Shown: positions 9,100-20,676 of the stretch, in pieces
Position numbering within the stretch: position 1 is the stretch's first letter
How the letters are laid out: each line of letters starts with the position of its first letter
Made by a program: the position numbers and the translations under genes
The notes under the pieces: model-generated
Seen by the model: the letters and a program-made list of their open reading frames with translations, nothing else
Database searches by the model: none
Told to the model about the DNA's origin: nothing
Assembly (NCBI GenBank): GCA_963789265.1
Contig: CAWBKB010000006.1
Location: forward strand, 256,001-320,000
DNA from: an uncultured delta proteobacterium
Lineage (GTDB): Bacteria > Desulfobacterota > Desulfomonilia > Desulfomonilales > Desulfomonilaceae
Length of the DNA stretch: 64,000 nucleotides
Direction: 5' to 3'

Positions 9100-10518
9100 A
9101 TGAAATTTGTATTTGAAAGAAAATATCTGATTGCAATAGCGTTCCTCTTGGCCGCCCTGATCTTAGTTCTCGGAAGTGCGAGCGGCTGCCTGGCTCAAAC
9201 TAGTGTACCAGTGCCGACAACGCAAACTGAACCAGAAAAAGCGCCTTCCACAGGATTCCTCCCCTCGCTGGAAAAAGTGTCCCCGATTCATCCCAAAGAG
9301 ATAGGAGGGGCGGTGCGGAACTTTGAGCGAGAACTTGAGAGAGCAGGGAGCGAGGTCTCAAGCAACCTGGGCAGTTGGCTCGGTTTAAAAATTTTCGCGG
9401 GAGTTACGTTGTTGAGCCTAATAGTGTGCCTGCTGGTTCTATTTCTGGTGGCAATTGTGGACTGGCTGGTTCGCAGGCTGATAGAAATAAGGGGTCGCAA
9501 GCTAAAAACGGTTGAACTGCCGTTTCCGTGGATGTCGCTTGTCCTCGAAGCTCTCTCAAAACCCGTTTCGCTTTTTATATGGGTTTACGGAACGTACGGC
9601 GCCCTGTCAATAGTGCTCGTTCAGTTTCAGAAAAGCACAGGCCTTAATTTTTTGATGTCTGTGGCTGGGAAGGCCGCTGATATTGGCGGTTCCATTGCTA
9701 TCATTTGGTTGGCCTACCGTTTGGCGACCCTTTCCGATGTTCAGGTGGAAGCATGGGCGGCGGCGAGTAAAAGCAAAATAGATCATTTGCTGGTCGGAAT
9801 CGTGGGCAAAAGCCTGCGCATCCTGATAATCTTAATAGGCGGCATCATGGTCATTCAGAGTGTCACGGGGATACAGATGGGTGCGGTGATCGCTTCCCTG
9901 GGCTTGGGTGGCCTTGCCGTGGCCCTGGCGGCGAAAGATTCGGTGGCAAACTTCCTCGGGACTCTGACTATAATTTTCGACAAGCCGTTTCATATAGGCG
10001 ATCAGGTGGTCATAGACAAATATGAGGGGACGGTGGAGGCTGTCGGTTTCAGGAGCACTCGAATTCGGACCGGCGACGGCAATCTTTTGTCCATGCCAAA
10101 CAGCAAAATAATTGATTCCCCATTACAAAATGTGGGGCAGAGACCCAACATATTGTGGAACACAAACATCGGGGTATCTTACGAAACACCCCCGGCCAAG
10201 GTGCGCCGCGCGGTCGAGATTATTGAAGAAATTCTTCACGATCATGAAGGCATGAGAAAGGGCTTCCCCCCGCGAGTCTACTTCAACGCGTTCAAAGACT
10301 CCAGCCTCAACATTGCAATTTGGGCCTGGTATCACCCGCCCAGCGAGTGGGATTACCAGGCATGGCTTCAGAAGACTTGTACGCAGATCCTTGAAAGATT
10401 TGATGCAGAGGGCATTAGGTTTGCGTTGCCCACCCAGGTCCTTCGCTTGCCGGTCGATGACAAAAGGCAGTTTGAACTGCGAACGATCAAAGGGGAACAA
10501 AGCGAAGGCGACAAATGA
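9100..10518 (+). CDS. Small-conductance mechanosensitive channel (MscS family)
   Basis: GLGGLAVALAAKDSVANF...DKPFHIGD...GTVEAVGFRSTRIRT. Confidence 0.93.
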   Translation: MKFVFERKYLIAIAFLLAALILVLGSASGCLAQTSVPVPTTQTEPEKAPSTGFLPSLEKVSPIHPKEIGGAVRNFERELERAGSEVSSNLGSWLGLKIFAGVTLLSLIVCLLVLFLVAIVDWLVRRLIEIRGRKLKTVELPFPWMSLVLEALSKPVSLFIWVYGTYGALSIVLVQFQKSTGLNFLMSVAGKAADIGGSIAIIWLAYRLATLSDVQVEAWAAASKSKIDHLLVGIVGKSLRILIILIGGIMVIQSVTGIQMGAVIASLGLGGLAVALAAKDSVANFLGTLTIIFDKPFHIGDQVVIDKYEGTVEAVGFRSTRIRTGDGNLLSMPNSKIIDSPLQNVGQRPNILWNTNIGVSYETPPAKVRRAVEIIEEILHDHEGMRKGFPPRVYFNAFKDSSLNIAIWAWYHPPSEWDYQAWLQKTCTQILERFDAEGIRFALPTQVLRLPVDDKRQFELRTIKGEQSEGDK

Positions 10519-10805
10519 ATTCGGCGAAAGAAGGGAGGCAACCGTTCACGGATACTTATACCGGTTCGCTATTAAAGAGTGAGAATCGGTTTACAACAAA
10601 AATTGCGCTGACCTGGTGCCCAGGATGGCACTCAGGTCAGTGGCACCCAGCATCCCGCCGACTTTGGGTCTTGGTGCCACGGATCTGGGCTCTGTAAGAT
10701 CCGTGCCAGATTTAGGGGATGTTTCATTGTTTGACCGGGAACTGTATTATTAATTGATGGATCACGCCTTTAGCTCCGTTTGAGGATACGAGGAGCCACG
10801 AATAT

Positions 10806-10939
10806 GTCATTGCGAGGGCGCCAACTCGAAGCAATCTCATCTTCAGTGGGACCGGCATCTTGCCGGTCATTCCAATAGACAGGCTGGAAGCCTGTCCCAC
10901 CAATGGGGATTGCTTCGTCGTCTTACTCCTCGCAATTAC
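10806..10939. repeat. GTCATTGCGAG-type palindromic repeat with a nested GTGGGACxGGCATCTTGCC-type repeat
   Basis: GTCATTGCGAG...GAAGCAATC / GATTGCTTC...CTCGCAAT. Related copies at 31034-31372 and 41726-41805. Confidence 0.8.
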
Positions 10940-11211
10940 AATACTGGACGACTGCATCCTAAAATAAAGCTTGTGCGCCACAATTCTCCAAAATCAGTAA
11001 AATCTGCGGAGCAAAGAAAGCAGTCCATTAATTGATATCCCACGTCCCGCTGGACCTGTCCCACCGGTATCATAGCAGGGTGGGCATCCTGCCCGCGCCG
11101 TCGTTCTAAACCTGACAATTGGTGGTGTGATCAGACGCCGTCATTTCTGCGTATGTGGGAATCTGGACCCCGCATCGGAGTCTCTGCCCCGGAGCGAGGA
11201 AATGCATTTTC

Positions 11212-12585
11212 TCACGCCAGACTATCAATCAAGCTCAAAATCTCGGAGGTTTTCTCCTTGAGCAGCGCTTTGTCTTGCCGAGTCTCAACATTGAGTCGGA
11301 TCACAGGCTCCGTGTTGGACGGTCGAAGATTGAACCTCCATTTTTCGAACTCCATGCTCAGGCCATCGGTGTAATCAATCCCCGAGTCTTTGCCCTTATA
11401 ACGAGCCTCCACTTTTTGAATCGTCCCACGCGGATCCGCCACTTTCCGGTTAATTTCGCCACTGACCGGGTATTTGTCCATCCGGGCCTGAATCAACTCC
11501 GACAAGGGGCGGCCCGCAACACTCAGCGTTTCAACCATGAGCAGCCAGGGAATCATGCCGCTGTCACAATAAGCGAAGTCCCTGAAATAGTGATGCGCGG
11601 ACATTTCACCGCCATAGATAGCGTCCTCGGCACGCATCCGCTCTTTGATAAACGCGTGCCCGGCTTTGCTCATCACCGGAATCCCGTCTGCTTCTTTCAC
11701 CATTTCCAGAGTGTTCCAGACAAGTCTGGGATCGTGAACAATTTTCGAACCGGGATGTCGCCTCAAAAAAGCCTGCGCTAGAAAACCTACGATGTAGTAT
11801 CCTTCGATAAAATCCCCCTTTTCGTCGAAAAAGAAACACCGATCGCAATCTCCGTCCCAGGCTATGCCCAGATCGGCCTTGTGAGCGATTACGCTCTCCG
11901 AGGTCACCCCCCGATTTTCGGGTAGAATGGGATTTGGGATTCCGTTAGGAAATGTGCCGTCAGGTTCAGAGAACATCCTTATGTATTCCAGGGGAACCCG
12001 GCCTTCGAGCTTATCCAATACCGGCCCCGCGCATCCGTTGCCGCAATTCATTACTACCTTGAGCCTTCGGATCTTTTCCGGATGAATATACGTGAGCAGA
12101 TGATCTATGAACGCGTCGCGTGAGCTAAGCGATTGAGTAGCGCCTTTTTTATTCGGCTCGGGTTGAAAAGTTTCGTTTACCACCAGGCGTTCGATATCTT
12201 TGAGACCGGTGTCTCCGCTTATCGGCCTTGACTCTCGCTTAACCAGTTTCATGCCGTTGTAATCCATCGGATTGTGGCTGGCCGTCACCATAATCCCGCC
12301 ATCAACCTCAAAATGTGAAGTTGCAAAATAAATTTCTTCCGTCGGGCAGAGTCCTATGTCAAGAACCTCACACCCTTGATCGTTGAGTCCTCTGGCAACT
12401 GCACCCGAAATAGCTCCACTGGAAAGCCGAACGTCTCTTCCCACACACACACGTGACGGCGCGAGCAGAGAAGCATAAGCTCTGCCGATTTTGTAAGCCA
12501 TGTTTTCGTTGAATTCATCGGGAATACGACCTCGAATATCATAGGCCTTGAAAGCACTCAGTTTCTCTTGTTTATCATCGGGCAT
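11212..12585 (-). CDS. manB: Phosphomannomutase/phosphoglucomutase
   Basis: [26 protein letters not shown] and RPSNTEP. Confidence 0.93.
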   Translation of the reverse strand: MPDDKQEKLSAFKAYDIRGRIPDEFNENMAYKIGRAYASLLAPSRVCVGRDVRLSSGAISGAVARGLNDQGCEVLDIGLCPTEEIYFATSHFEVDGGIMVTASHNPMDYNGMKLVKRESRPISGDTGLKDIERLVVNETFQPEPNKKGATQSLSSRDAFIDHLLTYIHPEKIRRLKVVMNCGNGCAGPVLDKLEGRVPLEYIRMFSEPDGTFPNGIPNPILPENRGVTSESVIAHKADLGIAWDGDCDRCFFFDEKGDFIEGYYIVGFLAQAFLRRHPGSKIVHDPRLVWNTLEMVKEADGIPVMSKAGHAFIKERMRAEDAIYGGEMSAHHYFRDFAYCDSGMIPWLLMVETLSVAGRPLSELIQARMDKYPVSGEINRKVADPRGTIQKVEARYKGKDSGIDYTDGLSMEFEKWRFNLRPSNTEPVIRLNVETRQDKALLKEKTSEILSLIDSLA

Positions 12586-12660
12586 GCATAATTCCTTTCT
12601 TATCGGACCGTCATTTTACGAGCATTGCAAATGGGGCCCATCCCGGCGGCAGATCAAGTA

Positions 12661-14049
12661 TTAGGGGTACGTTCCGTCACGCAGGACCGTGCCTCGCGGT
12701 ATCCGGAAAACTCCTTTCGGCGGAGCATCAATTGCCACTTTCCCTTCGATACTGATGTCCCTCTCGAAGAAAACACTCCCCGATACGTCAAACGAGCACG
12801 CGTTCACGAGGGAAACGGAAGAGGGATCTTCGAAGCGCCGGCAGAATTCAAAGGGGGAACTTAAGAATTCCGATCCGAAGCTTACCGTCGGACGTAAAGG
12901 CAAGAAGAGGGGTCGCAACGGGTTTTTTTGCAACTTGTACATGGAATCCAGTATACAAACGTCCGATTGTAGCAAAAATAGGTCCGCGACTTTCTTGGTG
13001 GGGAAAAACCTGTCCCTGTCCACTTGAAGTCCTCTTGCATTGTGGAAAGATCCAATTGCAGCGCCCATTGCAGTTTCGAGTTGTATGACTTTGTGTCCAA
13101 GGACGGTCTTGCGATTCTGGATGAGCGGCAGTTTCATCGGCCCTTCCTTGAGGGCATCGGCCAGAGCGTCCAAATCCACCCAAACATTGTTGGTATTGAA
13201 GACCCGAAACCTGTTTATGTCCATAAAGGATTCTCGGTCCTCCGGCGCGACCTGGGCGATCTCTAAAAGATCGAGTTGCCCGTTTCGTACCACGAGCGTT
13301 CCGCCTTTCCTGTCTACTTTTGTCCTGGTGGTCACTTCCAGCAGGAACTCGATCCCTTCGGTCTCTATGAGACCCAGTATCCAGGGCTCGAGGCAAGCGG
13401 CCAGATTGTCCAGATTGGAGATAAGCGCCCATTTGCAGCCTCTTTCTCTGAGCTTGTCCAGTAGTCCGCTTCGTTTCAGACTTTCGTACACGTCTCCATG
13501 GCCGGCAGGCGCCCAATCCTCGTCCGAACCGCTCTCAAACGGAGCCAAATCCCCTTCGATGAGCCGCGGGACCTCACTTTGCATGAATGTCAGCACAGGG
13601 AGGTCAAAGGGCCGAAGGATTTCCATTGTGGGTCCGTGAGTGAAGAAGCTGTTCATCAGGACAAGAGGTACTTGGACATTCCAGTGGGAGCGTACAGCCT
13701 CGACCTGACCCACAATGATCTCAAGATAGGATCGACCGTTTTTTGCAGTGAGAACCCCTTTGGGGGTCAGCCCCCCCATGGTAGTGCTGCGCCCGCCGTT
13801 CAGCTTAATAACCGCCACCTTTTTCAGCAGCGATTCGCCTCTGGCTGCAAGTTTGGCGAGATCGCCGGGGTCCGGGGTTTTCAACAGGAGGGCCGAATTA
13901 GGGGTGGAGACCTGATCTAACGGTACGTATGCCGAGTGTTCATCGTCAACCTGCAGAACCATCTGCAAGAAGCTCTCGATGGCCTGCGGATGGATGCCTC
14001 GCGACGCCATATTCCGCCTGATACGCTCAACTATGCCCTCCGATCTCAT
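12661..14049 (-). CDS. UTP--glucose-1-phosphate uridylyltransferase, eukaryote-type (UDPGP family)
   Basis: KLNGGRSTTMG, LMNSF, PAGHGD, SNLDNL, KGG, FNTNN and QLETAMG. Confidence 0.9.
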   Translation of the reverse strand: MRSEGIVERIRRNMASRGIHPQAIESFLQMVLQVDDEHSAYVPLDQVSTPNSALLLKTPDPGDLAKLAARGESLLKKVAVIKLNGGRSTTMGGLTPKGVLTAKNGRSYLEIIVGQVEAVRSHWNVQVPLVLMNSFFTHGPTMEILRPFDLPVLTFMQSEVPRLIEGDLAPFESGSDEDWAPAGHGDVYESLKRSGLLDKLRERGCKWALISNLDNLAACLEPWILGLIETEGIEFLLEVTTRTKVDRKGGTLVVRNGQLDLLEIAQVAPEDRESFMDINRFRVFNTNNVWVDLDALADALKEGPMKLPLIQNRKTVLGHKVIQLETAMGAAIGSFHNARGLQVDRDRFFPTKKVADLFLLQSDVCILDSMYKLQKNPLRPLFLPLRPTVSFGSEFLSSPFEFCRRFEDPSSVSLVNACSFDVSGSVFFERDISIEGKVAIDAPPKGVFRIPRGTVLRDGTYP

Positions 14050-14113
14050 TCCACCCCAACTCCCTGTTCCTCAGTGAAGTGTCATTGCAATAGAAACGCA
14101 AGAACAAAGGCGA

Positions 14114-14404
14114 TCATTCCTTACCAACTGCGTCGGTAAGTTTGCGGGCTTTTTCGATCAATTCGATTAAAGTGCACACTTTGCTCGGTTGGGGTTGAAC
14201 AAAGCATTTTTCGAAGTCATTCGGGCTGAGTTTCCTGCGAAAATAAGTTTCCACGTCAAAGTAATAGCCCCAGCAAGCCAGCGCTCGTGCACACGGGAAT
14301 TCCCGGCTCTCCACGCGACAGAATTCGAAGGCTACCTGCCCGCCCAACTTAGGACAACGAATTTGCACCTCCTCATAAGGAGGATTGGAAGAAGTGGTTG
14401 TCAT
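14114..14404 (-). CDS. Small conserved-looking four-Cys hypothetical protein
   Basis: RBS GGAGG. RCPKLG...FCR...PCARALACW. Confidence 0.65.
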   Translation of the reverse strand: MTTTSSNPPYEEVQIRCPKLGGQVAFEFCRVESREFPCARALACWGYYFDVETYFRRKLSPNDFEKCFVQPQPSKVCTLIELIEKARKLTDAVGKE

Positions 14405-14546
14405 AGGACCTCCATCATTGTCCTAATTGTCGTATCCGGTCAGAACATGCATTCTATGCGCTAATATTAACAGAATCGTCGATGCGGGTAAAGGGCGGCA
14501 CTTCTTAGTCTATGTGATTTGGTCAGGGACAGAGCGTCATACATTT

Positions 14547-14667
14547 CTCGTTATCGGGCTCTGCCTGGGAATGCCTGCCGATGAGGCTCTGCCTCCATTA
14601 TGAGAAATAAGGGCAGTTTGCGGGCAGAGCCCGCGAGACATGGGTTCCCAGGCGGAGCCTGGGAACC
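14547..14667. repeat. CTCTGCCTGGGAA-type palindromic repeat
   Basis: GGCTCTGCCTGGGAA...GTTCCCAGGCGGAGCCTGGGAAC. Second copy at 20704-20810. Confidence 0.75.
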
Positions 14668-14750
14668 AGAAAACGAAAAAGTCACAAACAAGCTGCGGGG
14701 CGGATTTAGACCCCGGCCCCGCAGGCGGATGAACGACCTTCAAATAACGA

Positions 14751-16130
14751 TCAGAGCTTCGGCTTCGGAAACCCTTCCAGGGCCTTGAGAGCTTCTTGGA
14801 TCTCTTCCATCGGGAGTTCGTAGTCAAAGAGCTTGCCCTGGAAATACGCATCGTATGCGGCAAGGTCCACGAGGCCATGACCGCTCCAATTGACAAGGAT
14901 AGTCTTCTGCTTTCCTTCTTCCTTGGCTTTCTTTGCTTCTTGTATGACAGCGGCCAGAGCATGATTGGTCTCGGGCGCACTTATAAAGCCTTCCGTCCTG
15001 GCCCAGGTCACGCCGGCCTGAAATGTCTCCAACTGCGCCACGGCCCGCGGTTCAATAAGCTTGTCCATGATCAACTGGCTTACCAGAGGCGCCATGCCAT
15101 GATAGCGTAACCCCCCTGCGTGAATCGGAGCCGGCACAAAAGAATGTCCTAATGTGTGCATGGGAAGCAGCGGGGTCATCTGAACTGTGTCGCCGAAGTC
15201 ATAAGTAAACGGCCCCTTGGTCATGGTAGGGCAGGAAGTCGGTTCCACGGCTATGATCTGGATCTGTTTCCCTGCGATCTTGTCCCTGACGAACGGGAAG
15301 GCGCAGCCTGCGAAATTGCTGCCACCGCCGGCACAACCTATAACGATATCCGGATAATCGCCTACCTTAGCTAGTTGTTTTTCAACTTCTTGGCCAACGA
15401 CAGTTTGGTGAAGAAGCACATGGTTCAGGACGCTGCCAAGGGAGTAACGAGTGGTAGGGCGACCCTGAGCTTCGCTGGTGACAGCGTCTTCCACTGCCTC
15501 GCTTATTGCGATGCCAAGACTGCCCGGAGAATTAGGATCCTGTGCCAGTATTTTGCGACCGGCCTCAGTCTCTGTGCTGGGGCTGGGAATACAAGTAGCT
15601 CCCCATGTGTTCATCATGAGGCGGCGATAAGGCTTCTGCTCGTAACTCACGCGGACCATGTAAACTTTTGCCTCCAGGCCGAACTGATTGGCCGCGAAAG
15701 CCAGGGCGCTGCCCCATTGTCCCGCGCCTGTTTCGGTGGAGATTCTCTTAACGCCGAAGACTTTGTTGTAGTAGGCCTGCGGGATAGCCGTATTGGGCTT
15801 GTGGCTCCCTGCCGGGCTGACACCTTCATTCTTGTAATAAATTTTTACCGGGCAGTTTAAGAATTTCTCAAGCTTGACCGCGCGATACAGAGGGGTAGGG
15901 CGCCATATTGTCAGCTTGTCCAGGACCTCATCCGGGATGTTGATCCACCTCTCCTGGCTGACTTCCTGTTCGATAAGATTCATTGGAAAGACAGGCGCGA
16001 GGTCCTCAGGGCCAATAGGCTGATGGGTCCCCGGGTGCAAAGGAGGCTGCATTGGGTTCGGCATGTCCGCCGCGATGTTATACCATTGGCGGGGTATTTC
16101 ATCTTCGTTGAGAAAAATCTTCACCGACAT
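14751..16130 (-). CDS. trpB: Tryptophan synthase beta chain, TrpB2 type
   Basis: [32 protein letters not shown] and HAGGLRYHG. Confidence 0.92.
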   Translation of the reverse strand: MSVKIFLNEDEIPRQWYNIAADMPNPMQPPLHPGTHQPIGPEDLAPVFPMNLIEQEVSQERWINIPDEVLDKLTIWRPTPLYRAVKLEKFLNCPVKIYYKNEGVSPAGSHKPNTAIPQAYYNKVFGVKRISTETGAGQWGSALAFAANQFGLEAKVYMVRVSYEQKPYRRLMMNTWGATCIPSPSTETEAGRKILAQDPNSPGSLGIAISEAVEDAVTSEAQGRPTTRYSLGSVLNHVLLHQTVVGQEVEKQLAKVGDYPDIVIGCAGGGSNFAGCAFPFVRDKIAGKQIQIIAVEPTSCPTMTKGPFTYDFGDTVQMTPLLPMHTLGHSFVPAPIHAGGLRYHGMAPLVSQLIMDKLIEPRAVAQLETFQAGVTWARTEGFISAPETNHALAAVIQEAKKAKEEGKQKTILVNWSGHGLVDLAAYDAYFQGKLFDYELPMEEIQEALKALEGFPKPKL

Positions 16131-16559
16131 AGGCTTCTCCCTCCTGCTGCTTTTGTACGACTTTCCCTTTCGCGTAGTGGAAACGAAAGGGCTTGCTCAC
16201 GGATGGATGATTGATCAATTTCGACAGTCGCGCCAGGCCCTTTGGTCAGGGCACCATATATCCCGTCAGGCCGGTATGGGAATCTGCGCTCCCATGCTTG
16301 CGATTGGACTCGGGGCGAGAAACCGCCGTGAGCAATTCTACTTTCAAACCGGGTGCATGCGCAAGACTTTTCAGCACAGCATACGTACTGCTACAAGTTC
16401 GTCCCCTGTGTTCCGGCAATTGTCGGCCTTTTGCCGAAGAACTTGACACGGGCCGGCAACCATGAGGTAAACTCCTATGCGAAATCGTAATAGTTCATCG
16501 CAGCCGAATTTTGCCGATTTCTGCGGCAAAATATTTCCTCGCTATTGGAGTCAATCAAA

Positions 16560-17120
16560 ATGAAGATAGTCGCTATCCTGGGAAGCCCCAGAGGTAAGAG
16601 TAACAGCACAGCCCTGGCCCGGATAATTCTGCGAAAGGCCGGCGAGCTGGGAGCGGAAACGGGAGAGTTTGTTCTCAATAAACTCCAGTTTAAGGGTTGC
16701 CAAGCGTGCGAGACGTGCAAGACAAAACTGGATCACTGCGTCCTAAGCGATGACTTGACGCAGGCACTTGAAGCGGTCAAGGAGGCCGACGCTGTTATCA
16801 TGGCCTCGCCAAATTATTTCGGAGAGGTGTCGGGGCAGTTCAAGTCATTTTTCGATCGGACTTACTCGTATCTGAACCCGGACCACACTTCGCGGCTCCA
16901 ACCGGGGAAGTCGTCGGTGTTCGTTTTTTCTCAGGGAAATCCGAACCTACAAATGTATACCGATGTTTATACTCGGTACGAAATGTGGCTCAAACGCTTC
17001 GGATTTTCAAACAATTATCTTCTCCGCATGAACGGCCCCAGAGCTACAGACTCCGTCTCGCAGAGACCGGACCTGATCAGCCAGGCTGAAGAAATTGCCA
17101 AGAATCTGACGTCATTATAG
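16560..17120 (+). CDS. Iron-sulfur flavoprotein / NADPH-dependent FMN reductase family
   Basis: ILGSPRGKSNS, CQACETC...C and SPNYFG. Confidence 0.88.
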   Translation: MKIVAILGSPRGKSNSTALARIILRKAGELGAETGEFVLNKLQFKGCQACETCKTKLDHCVLSDDLTQALEAVKEADAVIMASPNYFGEVSGQFKSFFDRTYSYLNPDHTSRLQPGKSSVFVFSQGNPNLQMYTDVYTRYEMWLKRFGFSNNYLLRMNGPRATDSVSQRPDLISQAEEIAKNLTSL

Positions 17121-17277
17121 ATGGCGCCGACAGGCCGGCAATTTCGGAGGGCTTGATCTGCTCGTACGTTGCCAACGGGTGAGAGGCGCTTTTCGACCGC
17201 GCCCACTATAGCAATTTCAAAAGTAATCACGGATTGCGAAAAGTGATCCCCCTAAACTGGTGGTCCCGCCGTTGGCG

Positions 17278-17466
17278 CATAGGCGTTAACTTAAGGTAAT
17301 TTCGTTCCTTTTCAGGAAGGTCCACGCAGGCCGAGGGCGATCAAAGTCCCCCTTTTCTAAGGGGGATTTAGGGGGATTTTCAAGTAGTTATCCCAAAATC
17401 CCCCCTGGCCCCCCTTTACGAAAGGGGGGGAACCCCGCATTTCGCTGGGTTAAGTTAACGCCCATG
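17278..17466. mobile_element. MITE with CATAGGCGTTAACTTAA TIRs and 11-bp TSD (IS4-like ends)
   Basis: TIR 16/17 match. TSD CGCCGTTGGCG/CGCCGTTGGTG. Internal CCCCCTT..AAGGGGG hairpins. Confidence 0.85.
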
Positions 17467-17735
17467 CGCCGTTGGTGGGACCACCGTGCCGTTGAACAAT
17501 TCTCTAAGAAATCAACCCGTTCCGCCCGGCAGAGACACCGGGCCTAATTCTTTGTGATGCAGCCGCTAGATGAGGTTATGACTTTTGAGAACTCCTCTGT
17601 GCGGCGATTCGGATTCCGTCATCATTCTGTAGCGGTCGAAATCTCAAGTCCGGCAATTTTGCGAGTCCTAGGCACGTATCCTTATCATTGACAACGGAAA
17701 GTCAATCCTCACGACGCCGGCCACGCGGGAAAATT

Positions 17736-19199
17736 ATGCAGTCAACATCGGAAAAAGGCGGCGCAGGAACCTCCGCGAAGGAGATCTCTCGCCGGTTTAT
17801 GCACCTGATGTCGGCCCAGACAGTGGAAGGGATCGCCGTTTGGGGATTTTTCGTCTATTTGACATGGGTCAATTCCACTCTGTACGGCGAGGTAATGTAC
17901 GCTTTGGCCGCGGGCAGCGTAGTGATGATAGTCATACAGTTTGGCTTGTACTACGCGTTAGTTCCCGCGCTCGGGCGAGCTGAACGAGACAAGGCCCCTG
18001 AGATCCTCAATAGAGTAAACGTCATAAAGTTGGCGCTCTTCATTCCAGCAATGATCGCCGTGGCCGGCATCAGCTTCCATAGGGGCTTCTCTGCTCAAAT
18101 GGGCTCGGTCCTCTTTTTTATATCGTTTGGATTCGCGCTCGAAGCCCTTGCCGAAACTTTTTTCGAAGATATGCGAGTTAGAGGCCTTCAGGCCAGAGAA
18201 GCGCGCATAAAGATGGTCGGTTCGATCCTGTCGTATGGATACGGCGTCGCGGCCGCGGCGTTGGGGTTCAACCCTGTGCTCATCAGCCTTTTTAAGATGG
18301 TGTCAGGAGTGGCCAGGATTGGCTTCGGCATTGCCGCCTATACCAAGTACTATTCCGCCGGTTTGTTTCTGCGGCCTCAATGGCCTGCGATTTGGAACAT
18401 GTTTAAAGCCGCGTTGCCCTTTGCCGCAATAGAGATCCTCGGGATTATTTATAACAAGACGAACATCTTCTTCCTCGAGAATACAACAGGAGTAAATGGG
18501 GTCGCGCTGTACAGCGCGGCATGGAATGTTGTGGATCCCATTTCCATTTTGGCGTCGGACCAATTGCTCGGATGGGTAGTCTTCCCACTGCTCGCTTCTT
18601 TATGGTGGAAGGATTTGGAGAAGGCCGGGCGGCTTGTGCGTCGGAGCGCTCAGTGGCTCTTGGCCTTGGCATTTCCAATAATGTTTCTTCTCCATACAGA
18701 GAGCCGACTTATTATAGGTCTCATCTATCCGGGCAAGTTCAGCGATGCCGTCTGGCTCCAGCAATATCAGGTCTGGACCATTCTGCTTTCGTTTGAGAGC
18801 AACCTGTTCAAATATGTCATGATGATAGCCGGCGCGTCGAACCTGCTACTCGGATTCGCCGCAGTGACTACCGCGTTGAATTTCCTGTTCAACGTCACGC
18901 TTGTGCGACCGTTCGGTCTCACAGGCGCTTGCCTGGTAATTATCCTGACTAAGCTGACCATGACGGTCCTGACATATCTCTACTGTCGGGTCAGGTTCCG
19001 ATTTATGAGAACGCGGGAATTCCTCTTTCCTGTAGTGCTGGCCGGAGTTTCGTTGGCGATCTTTCTGCTGATCAAGCCTCTCGTTACGCTGCACCCAGCG
19101 GTAGCAATTGCGTCGAGCTTTTATTTTCTCATACTGTGGAGAATCGGCCCCCGTTATCTAGGAGGGCTTCCAGGAAAAACCGGCAAGAAAACGGCCTGA
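17736..19199 (+). CDS. Polysaccharide/oligosaccharide flippase (Wzx/MOP family)
   Basis: Many hydrophobic segments. IIYNKTNIFFL...GVALYSAA pattern. Confidence 0.8.
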   Translation: MQSTSEKGGAGTSAKEISRRFMHLMSAQTVEGIAVWGFFVYLTWVNSTLYGEVMYALAAGSVVMIVIQFGLYYALVPALGRAERDKAPEILNRVNVIKLALFIPAMIAVAGISFHRGFSAQMGSVLFFISFGFALEALAETFFEDMRVRGLQAREARIKMVGSILSYGYGVAAAALGFNPVLISLFKMVSGVARIGFGIAAYTKYYSAGLFLRPQWPAIWNMFKAALPFAAIEILGIIYNKTNIFFLENTTGVNGVALYSAAWNVVDPISILASDQLLGWVVFPLLASLWWKDLEKAGRLVRRSAQWLLALAFPIMFLLHTESRLIIGLIYPGKFSDAVWLQQYQVWTILLSFESNLFKYVMMIAGASNLLLGFAAVTTALNFLFNVTLVRPFGLTGACLVIILTKLTMTVLTYLYCRVRFRFMRTREFLFPVVLAGVSLAIFLLIKPLVTLHPAVAIASSFYFLILWRIGPRYLGGLPGKTGKKTA

Positions 19200-19228
19200 T
19201 ATCACGCGGGATCTTTGACGGTCCACCC

Positions 19229-20275
19229 TCATCCCTGTTGCCGAACGATCATCTCTTCCAGTCTCGAGGCAAGCTTCATGTTTCCATAGAAATCGCCGCT
19301 TGCAATCCGTGATCGAAACCGATCCAGTTGTAACTCGAAGCCCCTGAACACGTCCGCCCCTGGAGTCGCATCGAGAGAATAGTCGCCGTACCGGAGTGAT
19401 GCCACCATGAAGGCATTGAAAAACTGTTCGTAGGCGAAACGAATTGGAAACGAGAATACCGGCTTGCCGAAGTAAAGAGCCTCCGCAATTGCATTGTGCC
19501 CGCCATTGGTTATCAAATAACGGCATGTGGCCAGATCTTTCAGAAAATTGGTGCTCGACGGAGGCTTGTACTCGAGATTCTTGGAAGCCCGCTGATAGCC
19601 CAAACCATACACAATAACCTTGTGCGGTATTTGCTCCAGGGCCGGAACCAGACGTCGAAAGGTCGGGGAAGTCTGGTATACCAGAACATGATCGCCGTCG
19701 GCCGGCTCTACTTCAAGAACCGCGCGGCGCAGCACGGGCGGAAACACCTCTGTCTCGCAGACCTGTGCCGGCGGAAGCTTGAAGAAAGTGCTGACCAAAT
19801 AATAGTCTGCATTGCTGAACATCCACCGAAGCGGCAGAGAATACATTAGACGGCCTACAGTTTGTCCCCTGGGCGTTTCATGAACACACTTATTGAAGAA
19901 ATGATTGTTGTCTATGCTCACACACGGAATACCCAGCTTGCGTGCAGCGAGGGGGGTGAAATATTCGTAAGAGGTCAGAATCAGGGCCGGATCGAAATCC
20001 TTGACTATGTCCGCAATTCTTTCGACAGTGCGCTTTCTGCCTAAAAGGACCTCTGCGGCGTTCCGGACTGTTGCGATAACATCTACTCGATTATTTACAT
20101 AATAAGTAGACGGGACGGGAACTTCTTCGACCGCGTATCCCATGCCGCGAAGATCCAAAACGCGGCCGCCGCCGATAAACAAGAATTCGTGGTGAGGCAT
20201 TTCATTGGCTACGGCAAGGGCCAGACTTATATGTCCTCCCGCGTCACCCATGATGCCGATCAGTATTCTGGCCAT
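19229..20275 (-). CDS. GT-B glycosyltransferase (MJ1255/VC2487-like)
   Basis: GDAGGH, ITNGGHNAIAEALYFGKP and EQFFNA. Confidence 0.85.
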   Translation of the reverse strand: MARILIGIMGDAGGHISLALAVANEMPHHEFLFIGGGRVLDLRGMGYAVEEVPVPSTYYVNNRVDVIATVRNAAEVLLGRKRTVERIADIVKDFDPALILTSYEYFTPLAARKLGIPCVSIDNNHFFNKCVHETPRGQTVGRLMYSLPLRWMFSNADYYLVSTFFKLPPAQVCETEVFPPVLRRAVLEVEPADGDHVLVYQTSPTFRRLVPALEQIPHKVIVYGLGYQRASKNLEYKPPSSTNFLKDLATCRYLITNGGHNAIAEALYFGKPVFSFPIRFAYEQFFNAFMVASLRYGDYSLDATPGADVFRGFELQLDRFRSRIASGDFYGNMKLASRLEEMIVRQQG

Positions 20276-20343
20276 AATTCTCGCGGATTCTGAATTACAT
20301 TGGAGTATAACACTATCTTGGAAGATACGGGTATATGGAAAAC

Positions 20344-20676
20344 ATGAATTCAAGGGATTCAGAGGACGAGGGCGGCAGTTTGCTTGCGGAGGTTCAAGCG
20401 GGCGAAGAGCCGTTGGTCATCCCCATAGACGGCGTATTGGACCTTCACACTTTTTCTCCGAAAGAAGTCGCGGGCCTGCTGGAAGATTACGTAGTCGAAT
20501 GCCTCAAACTGGGAATATTCGACCTGAGAATCATTCACGGAAAAGGCAAGGGGATTCTCCGGGATCGCGTAATAAAGATCCTTGCTAAGCATCCGATGGT
20601 GGAAGACTTTTCAGAGGCACCGCTCGAAGCCGGGGGATGGGGGGCCACTCTGGTCCGGCTCAGGCGCAAGAGCTAG
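20344..20676 (+). CDS. Smr domain protein
   Basis: LDLHTF, IIHGKGKGILR and GGWGATLV. Confidence 0.9.
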   Translation: MNSRDSEDEGGSLLAEVQAGEEPLVIPIDGVLDLHTFSPKEVAGLLEDYVVECLKLGIFDLRIIHGKGKGILRDRVIKILAKHPMVEDFSEAPLEAGGWGATLVRLRRKS

